64,000 nt of DNA, from NCBI RefSeq assembly GCF_052425735.1, contig NC_135761.1:42160001-42224000 (forward strand), in the 5' to 3' direction. Position 1 is the first letter of the stretch; every line of letters starts with the position of its first letter. Shown here in pieces: positions 36,496 through 49,490 of this stretch. Below the pieces are notes generated by a model. That model was given only the letters and a program-made list of their open reading frames with translations. It was not told where the DNA came from and made no database searches. Origin of the DNA: Oculina patagonica. Lineage: Eukaryota. A program made the position numbers and the translations under genes.

Positions 36496-37319
36496 ATAAT
36501 AAGTAACTGAGACTCAGAGCATAATAATAATAATAATAATAATTTGAATGCTCTTCAGCCTGTGTGTGACAAGTACAGAGTTTACCTGCAGCATCTGCAA
36601 ACGATGTCAGATGACAAGTCGTTCAAATCGGCCAATTGCCAAAAATTTTAAGGCTGGCTATGGAAGTGGCAACAGGCATTCCTTTATTGGCTTGTCTTTT
36701 TATTGAAATTCGAAGTCCAGCGTAAATGTTGTCTCTCGCTTTTCAAGACAACAAGATTGAGACAGTTTCTTCAATCCAGTGCCTTGGGACGGCCAAAAAG
36801 CAGCTTGAGGGTCTGGAGAAAAAGAACGACGACGATCTCCCAACCTTAAAACGATTCCTGGGCAAAGCGGAGGAAAGAGACAGACAATAATTATTATTTT
36901 ATTATCAGAACATCGCCCTGCCCAACTTTAGTGCCGCTAAGGACTTCGCAAAAGTAACAAAAATCAGTTTGTTTAGGATGATGAAGGAAGCAATGCAGAC
37001 AAGGTTAGAGGCAGCAGAGAATAAGTTTGTCCTGATGGCCACCACCATCTTGAATTGCAGAAAATGAGAGAGAAAGGGCGAAGAAGGGGGAAGAAGATGT
37101 GGAGTTCACTGACAACTGCGTGGCTGCCCTCTACGACCAGTTCCATGAACCCTTGCAAAAGGCAGGCTTGGTTGATTCCTTTGGCAGTTTATTGGACCAG
37201 TGGCATGACCTTGTCGCCTACACCACAAGATACCTGATCCTTCTAAAACACCCTATCTGCAAGTTTGGAACAGAATGTTCTTTTAAGCCGCAAAAGTTGA
37301 CGTTGATGATGTTCTCGCT

Positions 37320-37465
37320 GATGATCCACGTGAAGAGAAAGAACCCAAACAAAGGTAGTCATAGAAAAAGATCGTAAAAGGGTCCTGTGAAGAATTGGAA
37401 AGAGTTGGAATCTCTGCTGATTTTCCTAAAGAAATCGTAGATCGAAGAAAGGAGTTGCTGCCTTA
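37320..37465 (+). pseudogene. Short L1/Tx1 ORF1 C-terminal fragment
   Basis: ADFPKEIVDRRKELLP matches the D.P.E...RR..L.P motif of L1-type ORF1p. Confidence 0.45.
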
Positions 37466-39699
37466 ATTCATACTCCTTATTTTCTTATATTGTACAACAG
37501 TCTATTCAGAGCTATAATTTACCAGCGTTTGAGTAATTTTGACTTTGACATCCCATATTCTGCACTGCTCGTTTTGTCTGTTTCCGTGCTCTGAATATTT
37601 GTCTCATTGCAAAGCTGGAAATAATGTTATCAAAAGTGTCCAGGCAAAACGATGATTTTCCTCCCAAGAAAAAAGCGAAATCTCTTGGCTATTCAACTCA
37701 TTGGAAACTATGGTGAGTTCCTTTAATTTGTCTGAAAATGGATTTCTTTTCTCTCAAAAGATTGGAAAACGGAGTATAAGTTTTTAATTCATACCCCCGT
37801 CAATATTTTTAGAATTATGGCTAATTATGTCTTCAAAAAGGGTGCCATATCGCCAATACAAGACATCATTGACCACACAGAAAAGATTTAAGAAAAACAT
37901 GATGGATCAGCCTTGAATTTTACATCAATTGGTTTAATTGTTCAAGATGTTTGGCGGTAAGGTTGAAAGAGCAAAGAGAGGACCGCGTAAACAACAGCGC
38001 AATGTCTTCTTGAATTTAAAGAGAGCGGATGAACCAGCATCCAAGGATCCAGATCACGATGTTGCAAGTCTATCAGAAGAACAAGCTGATGTCGAAGTTC
38101 TAGAAGGATGGAATATCGTTAAGGATAAGTCAAACTACCGGTAGTTATGTTATGTACGTCCAAACTACAATAAGAGGTAATGAGAAATGGGAATTTAACA
38201 ATGTATGTGCGCAACAGAAGTGATTGTGACAAAAACATCAAACTTGTCAGGTGTGTTGCCATTGCCTTTAGGGCACATGGATGCCAAAAAAAGTTTGCAA
38301 GATATGCTGGTCTAGAATCACTGCCAATCAAAAGCCGCATTCATTTAGCGTTCAATTATATCAACAATTCCTCATTCTGCGAGGGAATTTATCAATGAGA
38401 GTATTCAAGTATTTGCACCACACGTTACTGGGTCATTTAAAGACTTGGCAAACTGCTTAAATTACATAATGTGAAACACCAACGCAAGGAGAAGCGAATT
38501 GGTATTCATCCAAAATACAATAAGAGGTATCTGAACAAAGAAGAAATCGCTGTTCAATTAAATCAGTAAAGAAAAGCCAGGAAAAAACGTAGAAAGAGGG
38601 AGACATATTGGAAGGAGAAATTTGACAATGAGGCTGTCCAAATGGAAGATGATCACCACAGTGATCTTTCTGCCATGCTGAACGATGTACCAAAAGAATA
38701 AGTTCCAAAAGTTAAAAGTTGCTGCCACAAAAAGAACTGTTTTATTTGATTGAAGGTGCTAATGGGTATTTTAGTGACCCTTGATGATGTGATGTTGAAA
38801 TCTTCTCCTCGTAAATCACAATTTCCATAAAAGCCATGAGGCATGACTTTCTAAAATTCTTTTACACAAAATGGGAAATAAATGTTTAATTTGCAGTAAC
38901 TCGTTGTTTTTGTAATTTCCTTTGCATATTGCATGATGAGACAGGACAGTTGATCCATCTATCCACCACACAGAGTCGTGTGGGGTTTGGGGACCTTTAA
39001 ACAAACCTTATTAGTTAACAGTGTCATGGTATTGAGCTATTTGAACTTCTTGCAACCTGCTCTTGTAATAGGATGACTTGTTTATCATTCTTTTTTTCAA
39101 TAAACGTTATTTAAACAAAACAACAACAGCATTTATAGAATTAAGTTGCATATACAAACACACACAAAAACATTTGTAGCATTGTTTACATACTAGTTAT
39201 TTTACATTACGTATTGTGCAAAAAGATTAGCAAAAAGAGCGAGGCAAGAACTAGGTAAGGTGAAATTGAAGAATAAGTCTGGGACAAAATCCAAACACAA
39301 TTGCCTTTCTAGGGACATACCTGTATAGATACTTATAAACCATGGGCTACTCATCTGCCCAGTCCAGCTTTATGTAACATGCATACTACCTGTATTGTAA
39401 ATTTCATGGATAATCATAAATTAAAATAATTGGAAACATTTTTTGGTCCAGGTTGAAGCCATCAAAAAAAACTAAAAACGGCATGCCCAAATGGTGTCTT
39501 TTGGCTAAACGTAGATGCCAACAACAAAAAATCTATCTCTAAGAGACTTTAAAAATGTCCTACACAAAACATTAATGTAAATATTAAGTATAAGCTAGAT
39601 AGTTTTTCAACCTTAATGATCAATTGTATTTTTATTAATTTTACTGCGAATTTCAATTTTATATATTTTTAGTCGTATCGTTCTTAGCTTTTAGGGGTT

Positions 39700-39890
39700 G
39701 AATGAATGAATGAATGAATGAATGACGGTATTTCCATATGCTCAATGCGCTTTACAACACTTTGCGGGGGACTTAGACAGACTGCAATTAAGCAGTTTAC
39801 AACGAATGAGGGTTTTTTTTTTAAGTTTTTAACCAACTTTGTAATGATTTCGATTTTTAATTCATTTTTTTATGCCATTATTTTTTATCT
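39700..39890 (-). mobile_element. 3' end of an L2/CR1-group LINE or SINE with a (CATT)n tail
   Basis: The minus strand reads ttgtaaagcgcattgagcatatggaaataccgt followed by (catt)n. Confidence 0.55.
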
Positions 39891-39939
39891 CAGGACCTCC
39901 CTGAAAAACACATTAGTGAGTGGGGCCTCTTGTTAAAAG

Positions 39940-40007
<68 letters not shown>
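39940..40007. repeat. (TAT)n microsatellite
   Basis: About 22 TAT units. Confidence 0.97.
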
Positions 40008-41724
40008 GTTAAAGTATCACTCCAGGAGTCGGTAAAGAGAAAATGGAATGGGACATTGGTCTCAGTGATGGTAAACTACAAGAGCTACATGCACAGTACG
40101 ATGCAAGAAGAGCCAAGGCATGTGTCTAAGGTGCCACAGTTACCAGGGATTCTCTGGAACTGAAAATTTGAAGTATGGTTGATGCTCAACAAAATGATCA
40201 AAAATTCTTAGCTGATGGTTTGAAAGAAGCATATGCTGCTTTTCAAAAGAAATTTGACAGTCCCAATGCATCCATTCCTTTTGAATAGCAAACGTACACA
40301 TGTGGGGTGCCACAACTTTTTAGAGCCTTCTTCCTGATCTGCAACCAGAGTGTGCTTGTGTCAAGGAAGTGGCTGGTAGTCTTAAGGAGCTCCGAGAAGA
40401 TCTGCAGAAATATCTCAGAAATTTATTTCTGAAAAGTTGACAACCAGCTGTCACTCATGTCCTGGCAATTCTGGTTTCTGAAGAGCATAAATCTTGTTCT
40501 TCTTGTTTCTGCCATGTTGGCTGGCTAGGCATGTGGAAATTTGAGAAATTCTAATTAGAATCTTATTGCTCAAACAACCCAATCCACCAATTGGCCGGCC
40601 ATAAGTGTCAAGCCCGCCTAACAAAAAAATGGATTACAACCAGACTTTTAGACAAATATATAGTAAGGTATGGTTGTGTACATGCACATGGACATGTACG
40701 ACTTTGCAAACTTGCTCATCCCATTTGATTTTCATTTATTTGATTATTATTTTTTTATTCTTTAAGAGGCTAAGGGACAGGGAAAGACAGAAGACATTGA
40801 GTTATGGTACTAGGATACCAAGCAGGAAGCCTGGTTTACTCAGAGTGCCCTTGACATTGGTTTTACATGGTTAGATATTGTCTTCAGATATGTTTTAGTA
40901 CATTTATACAGATAAGATAGGCTGTACATAGTAAATAGCTGTGAGGCACATTGTTTCGTGGTTCTTTGCTATTGCTTTACAAAACAGATTTACAGAAGTA
41001 ACACATTCCATGACTATTAAGAATTTTTTTATAAAGGAGATTTATTCACCCCACCATGCGAATAAATGGTTTTGTGCATCTGGTTAGTGCCAGTCTCCCA
41101 GCAAGGGGCTTGGGTTACATCCGGGTCCTTGGGAAACCTATATTTAAGCAGACAAGGCCAGGTTACTGTCCTCTTTTCCCAACACTCGTGCTCTCCATAC
41201 AGTTCGTAATTTCTAGCAGCAAGTTAAGCGGGATTTGTGCAGGAATAGAGCAGGATTTGTCCTCCTCACTTCTGGAAAAGAGAGCCCTTAATTAGGAGAG
41301 AGGATGCCAAACAAGTTAAATATAAACATTGTTCTTAACGGAGACAAATTTTCATCCGCGCAGTGCGCGCGTGTGACTTGATGGCTTACATGCCATGTGC
41401 TTTGTTACTGGGCCATTCCTTTGTGCGAAGAATGACTGAGTTCATTGACCGAAACCAAGAAGATGGTAGTTATAAACGTACATTCGATATTTATTCGTTC
41501 ATTTAAACGAGGAAGGCCATCAGGCGCTGTATAGGAGTTACCGAGGAGCCATTTTATTTGCCCTGAACTGAAAGACGGATGGGCAGGAACTTCAAGCTAG
41601 TTTGGATTTATGTGTTTAAGATACTCTTACCTTCTGTTTTTAATGACATGTGATTACTATGGCTGTTGGCACTGTACATGTGTACTACAAGATTATGACT
41701 TGTATTTTTAATGTTATTGTTTAT

Positions 41725-42085
41725 TTAGGGTAAAGTGTACCAGTTTTCTTCCTGGTCCTGTGTACCACGAGACTGTGTCTCAGAATGTTATTGTTCATTC
41801 TAGGGTATTGAGTTACCTCTATATCACCTGGGTACTGTGTACTGTGAGACTGTGTCTCAGAATGTTATTGTTTTAAGCTAGGGTACTGTGTTACCCCTTT
41901 ATCACCCAGGTACGGTGTACGGTGAGACTGTGTCTCAGAATGTTATTGTTCATTCTAGGGTATTGAGTTACCCCTTTATTGGTACTGTGTATGGTGAGAC
42001 TCTGTCTCAGAATGTTATTGTTTTAAGGTAGGGTACTGTGTTACCCCTTCCTCACCCGGGTACGGTGTACCGTGAGACTGACTCA
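41725..42085. repeat. About 77-80 bp minisatellite, roughly 4.5 copies with dimeric higher-order structure
   Basis: Recurring gagactgtgtctcagaatgttattgtt....tagggta.tg.gttacc. Copies 1/3 and 2/4 are more alike. Confidence 0.9.
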
Positions 42086-42448
42086 TCATATTGTTCATGT
42101 TCCTCAATATGTTGTCTATGTCCCCAATAAAATGGGTGTACCTGACACCCCTAATGCAGGTACAAGTGTGCAGTTTCTGGCATGATAACTTTACGGCAGG
42201 GGCTGCAGGCCTTGAGCCAATTATGCAATGATAGTGCCGCTGGGAAAGTATAATGGTGACATGCATGATAATATCACCAGGGTCTAAAAAGGCTTGGGAA
42301 TGGTTAGACAGTGGAACACGAGGGTTCTATATAAAAAATTTTAACAGCTGTTAACAGTATGCCACCAAAAAGGAAAGCTACCAACTATGCCAAAAGAGAG
42401 GCCAGCAGGAGACCAGTGGCGGAAACTAATTCGGAGACAGATTTTTGG

Positions 42449-42640
42449 CGGTCCTAGGATGGGGCATTACCTGGAGCTTTCAACATGACCTAGCACTGGA
42501 GTGGAAGGTGTCCGCACCTGGAGCTTTCGATGTCTAGAGTTGGGGTGGAAGGTGTGTTCCTCTGATTTTCAATGGTCCTAGGATGGGGCATCACCTGGAG
42601 CTTACAATGTCTAGAGTTGGGGTGGAAGGTGTGTTCCTAT
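42449..42640. repeat. Short imperfect tandem duplication
   Basis: ggtcctaggatggggcat.acctggagctt occurs twice, and the g.gtggaaggtgt core three times (twice as tgtctagagttggggtggaaggtgtgttcct). Confidence 0.7.
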
Positions 42641-42703
42641 GCATATTGGTTATTTGCTAATTCTTATTAAGAACTTAAAAAAAAGATTGTTTTTTTCTTC
42701 TAA

Positions 42704-42724
42704 ATTTAAGAAATAGAAAACATG

Positions 42725-42756
<32 letters not shown>

Positions 42757-42763
42757 GAGGAAG

Positions 42764-42794
<31 letters not shown>

Positions 42795-42842
42795 GAGTCG
42801 ATAGACGAGTGTTTCCACAGCTTTTTCAAGTTCTCCCAAACT

Positions 42843-42876
<34 letters not shown>

Positions 42877-43712
42877 GAAAACATGTTTTCTATTTCTTTT
42901 AGAAAACAGCACAAAAAAAATAATGCACATCAAAGTAATATTTAGCGCTTTATTTACCATCCAAACGTAAATTCTCTTCACCTCGCGGTTTTACGTCATG
43001 AACATAATCATCCAATAATAGTAAGGGAGTCAATAAACAGAAATAAATAAACTGTTCGCCATTTGCTTCAAGGCTAAAATTCATCGTTCTTTGGCCAAAC
43101 AAACAAAGAAAACAGGCCCCAAAGTTAACGTAATTATGAGAAATAACTAAGCCGATGGTTTAACTGAAGTCAAGCACTGGAAGGAGTCAAGAATTGTGGT
43201 TTTATTTCGCTTCATTGACCTAACCGAATGGTTTGACGACCGACGCTGCCGATCGAGCGACTCGAACCTTGGAGGTGAAAGTGCATTATTTTTCTGTTAA
43301 AAGAAGTTTGACTCGGCATTCTGGACGTATATCTTGTCATGTTGAGGAGCTGTGAATAGTTCTGAAGTGCTGCAAAGCCTAGAATGGAGTGAAGTTGCGC
43401 CAATTCATATACTTCTTTGAAAGGTCAGCCGCTTCGATACACAGGCTATTTTTGAATGTGTAGCGGGCTCTGTAAACATTGTACTCGCTTGTTTTCAAGT
43501 GTGCAAATATTTGTTTAGTCTTAACCTGGTTTTTGTCAGCTGTGACATTAAAAAATGACACAATTCTTAGTTGTTATTTTAGCTTTACTTATTTCAACAC
43601 CCTGAATATTGATTGCCGTGTCTACGACAACTGTCCGTGTCTCCATCAAGTTATAGAAACACAATTTTTCAACCAATCAACCCACGTATTTACTTTGTGC
43701 TATTTTCTAAAT
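42704..43712. mobile_element. Non-coding element with a 190-bp terminal hairpin (Crypton-like architecture)
   Basis: Hairpin agaaatagaaaacatgttt..gtgtttctatcgagttatagaaacacg / cgagtgtttctataactcgatagaaacacggaaaacatgttttctatttct at 42708-42898. The motif gttatagaaacac recurs near 43650. Confidence 0.55.
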
Positions 43713-45034
43713 ACATATAAAAACATGATAAAACAAGAACTAAAATTACGTAAGTGACTAAATATAACGCAAAATTAAAATCAACATTATTGACATCATT
43801 ACATCTTACATCCATTTGAAATTGATTAATCATAAGAAAATTAAAAAAGGACAAATCACAGCCGACTAACCTTGCATGAATATACAACCTAACTATTGCT
43901 TTGTAGGATCGCATAATTTAGCCAATGATACTTCCACATTTTTTGTTGTAACTTTAGGAGATGTTGCAACCAAATGCCAGAAATGAAGGAGAGGAATACA
44001 AGAAAAAAGAAGAAGAAGAAAGTTTAAGAGAGAAAAAAGCTGAATATGAAGATAAAGATGAACAACAATTCAGAAAAAATGAAGAAGGAGAAAGCAAGGG
44101 ATTACCACTAAGTAAAAGACAAAAGAGGCGACAGAAAGAAAAATGGCAAAAAGCAGTTGAAATCTAAATTTCATACAAATACAAATACATCAAAAAATTT
44201 TTTAAACAACAAGATATTCTACACATCTATGTACCTTAATGTTCTGTTTATCATTTTGTGTCAAGCATTTCAAACCTCTCCATTTGAGGAATGGACTGAT
44301 CGTATGAAAAATTGTGATACATCTTGATCAGGTATCAATATTTTCAAAATTAGCAATGTCTGATTGAGCCATTTGTTTATCTCAATTCTCAAAGATTTGA
44401 CGTCTATCTAATAAAAAACATCAACTGTTTTTTTGGGAAGAGGGCACTATTAATTGTCTTTCAAAATCACGGTGCAAATGGGTTAACCTGCTGTGGGTGA
44501 ACCAAATTGTTTAAATTTCGCCATCAACAAAACATTTAAGAATGGTCCCTTTTAAGGTTTATATGGTTAGGTGATTTGCGTATCATTTACTACAAAAGCC
44601 ACATCATCAAGTTACTGATACTCTTGTAAGACTTAACGACTTAAAATCCTTAAGCAAAAACCCCATGAATAAAAAAGTTTTTAAATTGACACCTACCGTA
44701 ATCAGGTATGTTTCATGACTTTCTCATAACACAGAGGAAGGCTTATGATGAAAATTTTCAAATGTTACGACAAAGTGCACTCATTCCATGGGACCAAATC
44801 CACAGTGAGCTGTGGCTGAGGGCCAGTGATCCCAAAGTCAAACAGCCTTTCCCTGCCTGGTGAAAATAAGAATATTTTTTAATAAAGTTGTCTCTGCCGA
44901 TAATGACTCAGCTGTTGGTGTTGTCCATAGCCATCCATGATTTTTTTCATAATCCGTGTAAGAATTGGGCACGACCATGTCTGAGTGAAGACGTGCCTTC
45001 GAAGCTCCGCTAGACCCAAACAATTTTTTTTTGT

Positions 45035-45913
45035 ATGGATAGAACAAAAAGGGAAAGAGAAAGCAGTAATTCAAGCGATAGAGACAGTGAAACAGCTTCC
45101 CCGGTTGATAAGAAGAAAAAGGACGAGAATTTCGAGACAGAGAGCGAAGAAGTGTTTACACGTGGAGCCTCCAATATGGCGTTGTCGGACGACATAGGCG
45201 TGAACATAAAACATATTCTTCAGAAGCTAGAGAAACTCGACAGTATGGAAACTATGTTGAACAAGGCATTAAGCAAAGTAGCAGCAGTGGAAACCCATGT
45301 CAATGAACTGGCGCTCAAAGTTGAAGCGTTGAACTCTAAGAGCCGTGTTGCTGATAAATCTGTTGAAGAGGTGACTGCGAGTGTTGATTTCCTCTCGAAG
45401 ATGTGCGAAGATGCTACACATAGGCAAAAGGAAGATAGCGAGAAACATAAAGCCGAGTTGGCCCGCTTGTCCAAACAAATGTCATATTTGGAGGCTTACT
45501 CAAGAAGAGAAAACCTTCTCTTCGAGGGAATCCATGAAGCCCCTAATGAAGATGGACGCGAAGACACTGCCGCCGTCTTACGCTTATTCATGGAAATTGT
45601 TTTGAATGTTGAGAAGCCCGACACGATTGAATTTCAGAGGGTCCACCGCCTTGGAAAGAAAACCTCGAAAGGACCGCGAGTAATAATTGCCAGATTTCTC
45701 CGGTATAGCGACAGGCAACCAATTGCGAGCCTGGGAAAATATCTTCGTGATAAAGAAATTTATATCTACCCCGATCTTCCAAAGTCAATCCAAGAAGCGA
45801 GACGACGTCAAATGTCAAAGCTGAAAGAAGCAAGAAAGGCGGGACAATCGGCCTACTTCAGTCAAAGTAAACAGGATATGCTTTACATCGATGGAAAGTT
45901 CGTTCCTGAGTAA
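45035..45913 (+). CDS. L1-type ORF1 protein (coiled coil + RRM + CTD), intact
   Basis: Heptad region, then YSRRENLLFEGI, IEFQRVHRLG, PRVIIARFLRYSDR, DLP and LYIDG. Confidence 0.88.
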   Translation: MDRTKRERESSNSSDRDSETASPVDKKKKDENFETESEEVFTRGASNMALSDDIGVNIKHILQKLEKLDSMETMLNKALSKVAAVETHVNELALKVEALNSKSRVADKSVEEVTASVDFLSKMCEDATHRQKEDSEKHKAELARLSKQMSYLEAYSRRENLLFEGIHEAPNEDGREDTAAVLRLFMEIVLNVEKPDTIEFQRVHRLGKKTSKGPRVIIARFLRYSDRQPIASLGKYLRDKEIYIYPDLPKSIQEARRRQMSKLKEARKAGQSAYFSQSKQDMLYIDGKFVPE

Positions 45914-46312
45914 CTCCCGTACTTTAAGGTTTTTCTCTCTAATCAAATACAAGAACATTTGATGAAGCTTGGACCTTCTCTTCAGGTATTCAACTGTCGT
46001 TTAATACTGCTTTTAGTTACACCAATATTGAATTCAGTGATGCGATTGGAATGGGCTGAAGAGCTTCATGGACGAATATATTATTAGTTTAATCATTCCG
46101 TATTTGTGTGTATGTTTATTTTATTTTAAAATATGGTTTACGTTTTGTTTTTGTTACCTTTATTTCAGGCTAACTTATGTTGCGCATATTATGTTAATTA
46201 TATTTTTTTTATGGTGCGATGTTACATAACCTTTTCTTTTGTGTTATGCGGTAATTAGGGTGTTGGTATTCGAGGTGCTAGGCTAGTTCTATTGACAAAG
46301 AAAACATAGAAA

Positions 46313-48881
46313 ATGACAACAAATTTTAAAATGGTTTCTTTAAATGTTCGGGGTTTGCGTTCCTCCGATAAGCGAAAAGCGATACTTTTATGGATAACAA
46401 AACAAAAAGCTGATGTTGCTTTCCTGCAGGAAACATATAGCATAATTGAGGATGAACAATTTTGGAGAACACAATGGAAAGGCAAGATGTTGTTCTCGCA
46501 CGGCTCAAATCACAGCAAAGGCACCATAATTCTAGTGAAACAAAACTTAGAATTCGAACAAAAAACAGTTTTTTGTGACCCTAGCGGTCGCTTCATATTT
46601 CTAGAAGCCGTTGTGCAGGGGAACCTTTTTTTATTTGTAAATATTTATGCTCCCAACAAAGTTCATGAACAAGAAGTGTTTTTCAAAAAGATCAGAAGCA
46701 AAATTGAAAGCTATGATTTCGATCCTAATAGAAAAGTTATAATGGGAGGTGACTTCAATATTTTTTTTTTTTTTTTTTTTTTTTATTCATTTCAATAGAA
46801 AAAAAATACACACAGAATAACGTAAAAATAAACAAATACAATAATTGAAAAAAAAGAAAAAAAACTTACAAGTATAATATAGTTATTAGCACACTAGATC
46901 TTAAATTAGAAATTACAATACATCAATACATCATCAATATTAATACACGCTATTACTCATCCTACAGTACACTCTTATTTCAAATAATTCGCTTTAACTA
47001 CAATTAAATTTTTCGAAGATGTATTTAAATTTTACATTGGCTAAGAATTCATTTAATGACAGCTTTCCATTCAATAATTTCTGATTGTATACATAATATT
47101 TTGCATATAAAAAGGTGAAGTTTAACTTTCTAATGATATCTATTTCTTTGTTTATGTTATCCTTGTCCTTACCAAAAATTAATTCAGTTGGAGAGAGGGT
47201 AAGAGAGGTGGCATTTTCTTTATTAAACCATTTTATAACCTCTGCGAAGAATAATTGACTCCAATTACAGTTGTAGAAAGTGTGAATTATGGAGTCATTT
47301 AAATCACAGTATGGACACTTTGTGTCCTCTGCCACACCAAAGAGAAATAATTCCTTTTTGGTGACTACTATTCTGTGTAAGAGTTTGAAATAAAATTCCC
47401 TAAGCTTATTATCTCTACATACGTTTCTTACGCGACTAAAAGAAGGTTGTAGAGATGCTTGACCAATTTGCAAGTCTCTTTCCCATTTGGAGGTAGCCTT
47501 CGGTTCAATTTGTTCTTTATTTACGAGGAGCCGATAGTAATCTTTGTTTTTCATTTTGGTTAAGTTGATGGAGGTCTCTGGGGAGAGGTGAAACATAGTG
47601 CTAGACAACAAACCTGCTCTGTCTACAGGGTATGACATCGCACGTTCTACAAGATGCCTGGAGGTGACTTCAATATCTTTTTCGATGAGAATTTGGATTG
47701 CTTCGGTGGCAATCGAAAAATCAAAGATAGGAGCGTTAATGAAATTAAAGATATGATGTCAGAAAATGATTTAATAGATATATGGAGAATCCGTCATCCA
47801 GATGATAAACGCTTCACATGGAGACAAAAAACGCCGCTTATTCAACGTAGATTAGATTTCTGGCTTGTAAGCGATTCGTGCCAAGAAGAAGTTCTTGCTA
47901 CAGACGTCAAAATTAAATGGTTCAATGCCTGAAACAAGTGATGAAATTTTAAACGAAATAATTTGGAATAATAAACACATCTGTATAAATAATAAATCAT
48001 GTTTTATTAGCGAACTGATGGATATAGGTATAAACAAAATTGGTGACATGATTAAACTGGATGGGACATGTAAATTTTTGACATGGAATGATTTGCATAA
48101 CAAAGGTCTTAAAATGAAAAATTTTCTTTTGTGGCAAGGTCTAATCGATGCAATACCAGTTAAATGGAAACAAGCTATTAAGTCCATGACAGGTCCTTAT
48201 ATCTTGAACTCGGATTCAAATGAATCCACTTTAACTATTAATTCAGTTAAAGTACCCACATCAAAAGTAAATTCCAAAAAACTGTATGGGAGTCTGGTCT
48301 CAAGGGTTTGTGAAAAACCAACAGCACAAAGGAAATTTGATGAAATGTTCCCTGACCCTAAGCGTGATTGGAGTAAAATATACAGCTTGCCTTTCCAGGT
48401 TGCGTTAGATGCGCACACAAGAGAATTTTAATACAAAGTGGTTAATAGAATCTTATTTACAAATTCTAAATTGTGTAAGTTTGGCTTGGTGGAGTCGCCT
48501 TTGTGCACCTTTTGTGGAGAGGAGGAAGAAACCCCTGAACATTTGTTGGCATTATGTTCTTATTCTAGTGCCTTTTGGAATGAAAATTTCAACTGGCTGC
48601 AACAGTGTGTCACTGGAATTAGTGTTGATTTGTCAGAAGTAGTCAATGTTATACTTGGTTTGCCTGATCTCGAGGAACATTTTATGGCTGTAAACCACAT
48701 AGTTCTTGTGGCAAAACAAACAATTGTACTTTGTAGGAAGAGATCTACTAATCCCAGTTTGAATGTCTTCCATGCTCTACTAAGGAAAGCTATTAAAATA
48801 GAAGAATTTATTGCTAAGCAGAAAAATAAATTGCACCTCCATTTAGTTAAATGGGAAAATTTTTTAGATAAACTTATTTAA
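46313..48881 (+). pseudogene. Tx1 no. 1 ORF2: APE endonuclease joined directly to the C-terminal domain (RT missing)
   Basis: SLNVRGL, FLQETY, NIYAPN, GGDFN, DIWR and RLDFWL. At about 47907 it jumps to IIWNN and zf-RVT. Confidence 0.88.
46762..47659 (-). mobile_element. 5'-truncated Tx1/L1-clade LINE nested antisense in LINE no. 1
   Basis: 17-bp TSD ggaggtgacttcaatat at 46745-46761 and 47660-47676. Poly-T at the left end. ORF 46994..47638 has KLREFYFKLLHRI..CPYC..DSIIHTFYNC (zf-RVT). Confidence 0.93.
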
Positions 48882-49314
48882 AGTAAATGTATGCAACGTC
48901 TGCCATTTTTCGTTCTTTTTTTGAATTTATTTTTTTTTTGTTTTTTTTTTGTTTTTTTTGTTTTTGTTATTTTTGTTATTTTTTTGTTATTTATTTATTT
49001 ATTTATTTTTTTTAGCATAACTGTTTCCAGAGTAATTGTAGTAGTATTTCAAAATTAAAAATTGTAACTGTAGTGCACCCGTAACTATGTATTTTTTCAA
49101 AGTGTAATTGTACTTCAAACTTCTGTATCTGTATTTATATCTGTGCTTGTAACTGTATATTTAATTTAATAAAGTATTAAATTATAAAAAAAAATAATAA
49201 TAATCCGTCCAAATTCAATGGAGGACAAAAAAATGAAATCAAGTCACATGGCATTGTGTTCTTTCTCTCGTTTTTTATTGAGCAGAGCCTTGTTAACTAC
49301 AGTCGTACATGATA

Positions 49315-49490
49315 CAGTGGAACCCCGATATAACGATATGCCAAGGGGGCAGTAAAATTATATCGTTATATCGAGGAATCGTTATATCGGGGTTCCGTCC
49401 CATACATTTTACTATTGCCGGGACATAACATATTCATCGTTATATCGGGAATATCGTTATATCGAAGATCGTTATATCGGGGTTCCACTG
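49315..49490. mobile_element. Tc1/mariner (pogo/Tigger-like) MITE, 176 bp
   Basis: TA|cagtggaaccccgatataacga ... tcgttatatcggggttccactg|TA, with internal cgttatatcg repeats. Confidence 0.92.

Larger units (their letters stand above)
35060..37290 (+). pseudogene. hAT (ZNF862/C17orf113-like) transposase relic, interrupted by 35391-36495
   Basis: VAHHLELALKDA, LLRLYILYENSP and GGVQPKRACG; later YLQHL, LSLAFQ and LLDQWHDL. Confidence 0.7.
44958..49199 (+). mobile_element. Tx1/L1-clade LINE no. 1: both ends present, RT deleted, nested insertion
   Basis: TSD ataatccgt at 44949-44957 and 49200-49208. ORF1, APE endonuclease, C-terminal zf-RVT (CTFCGEEEETPEHL), AATAAA and poly-A. Confidence 0.9.

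Noticed and set aside
37620-38760. Decayed coding-like region with an RG.R....F.NL.R (winged-helix-like) motif
   Set aside because: Too fragmentary to assign.
39930-40163. Poly-tyrosine ORF
   Set aside because: Translation of the (TAT)n microsatellite.
40010-40500. Possible transposase relic (PAVTHVLAILVSEE)
   Set aside because: Only a single short motif in heavily degraded frames.
43961-44167. Lys/Glu-rich ORF or terminal exon
   Set aside because: Low complexity, and no upstream exons could be linked with confidence.
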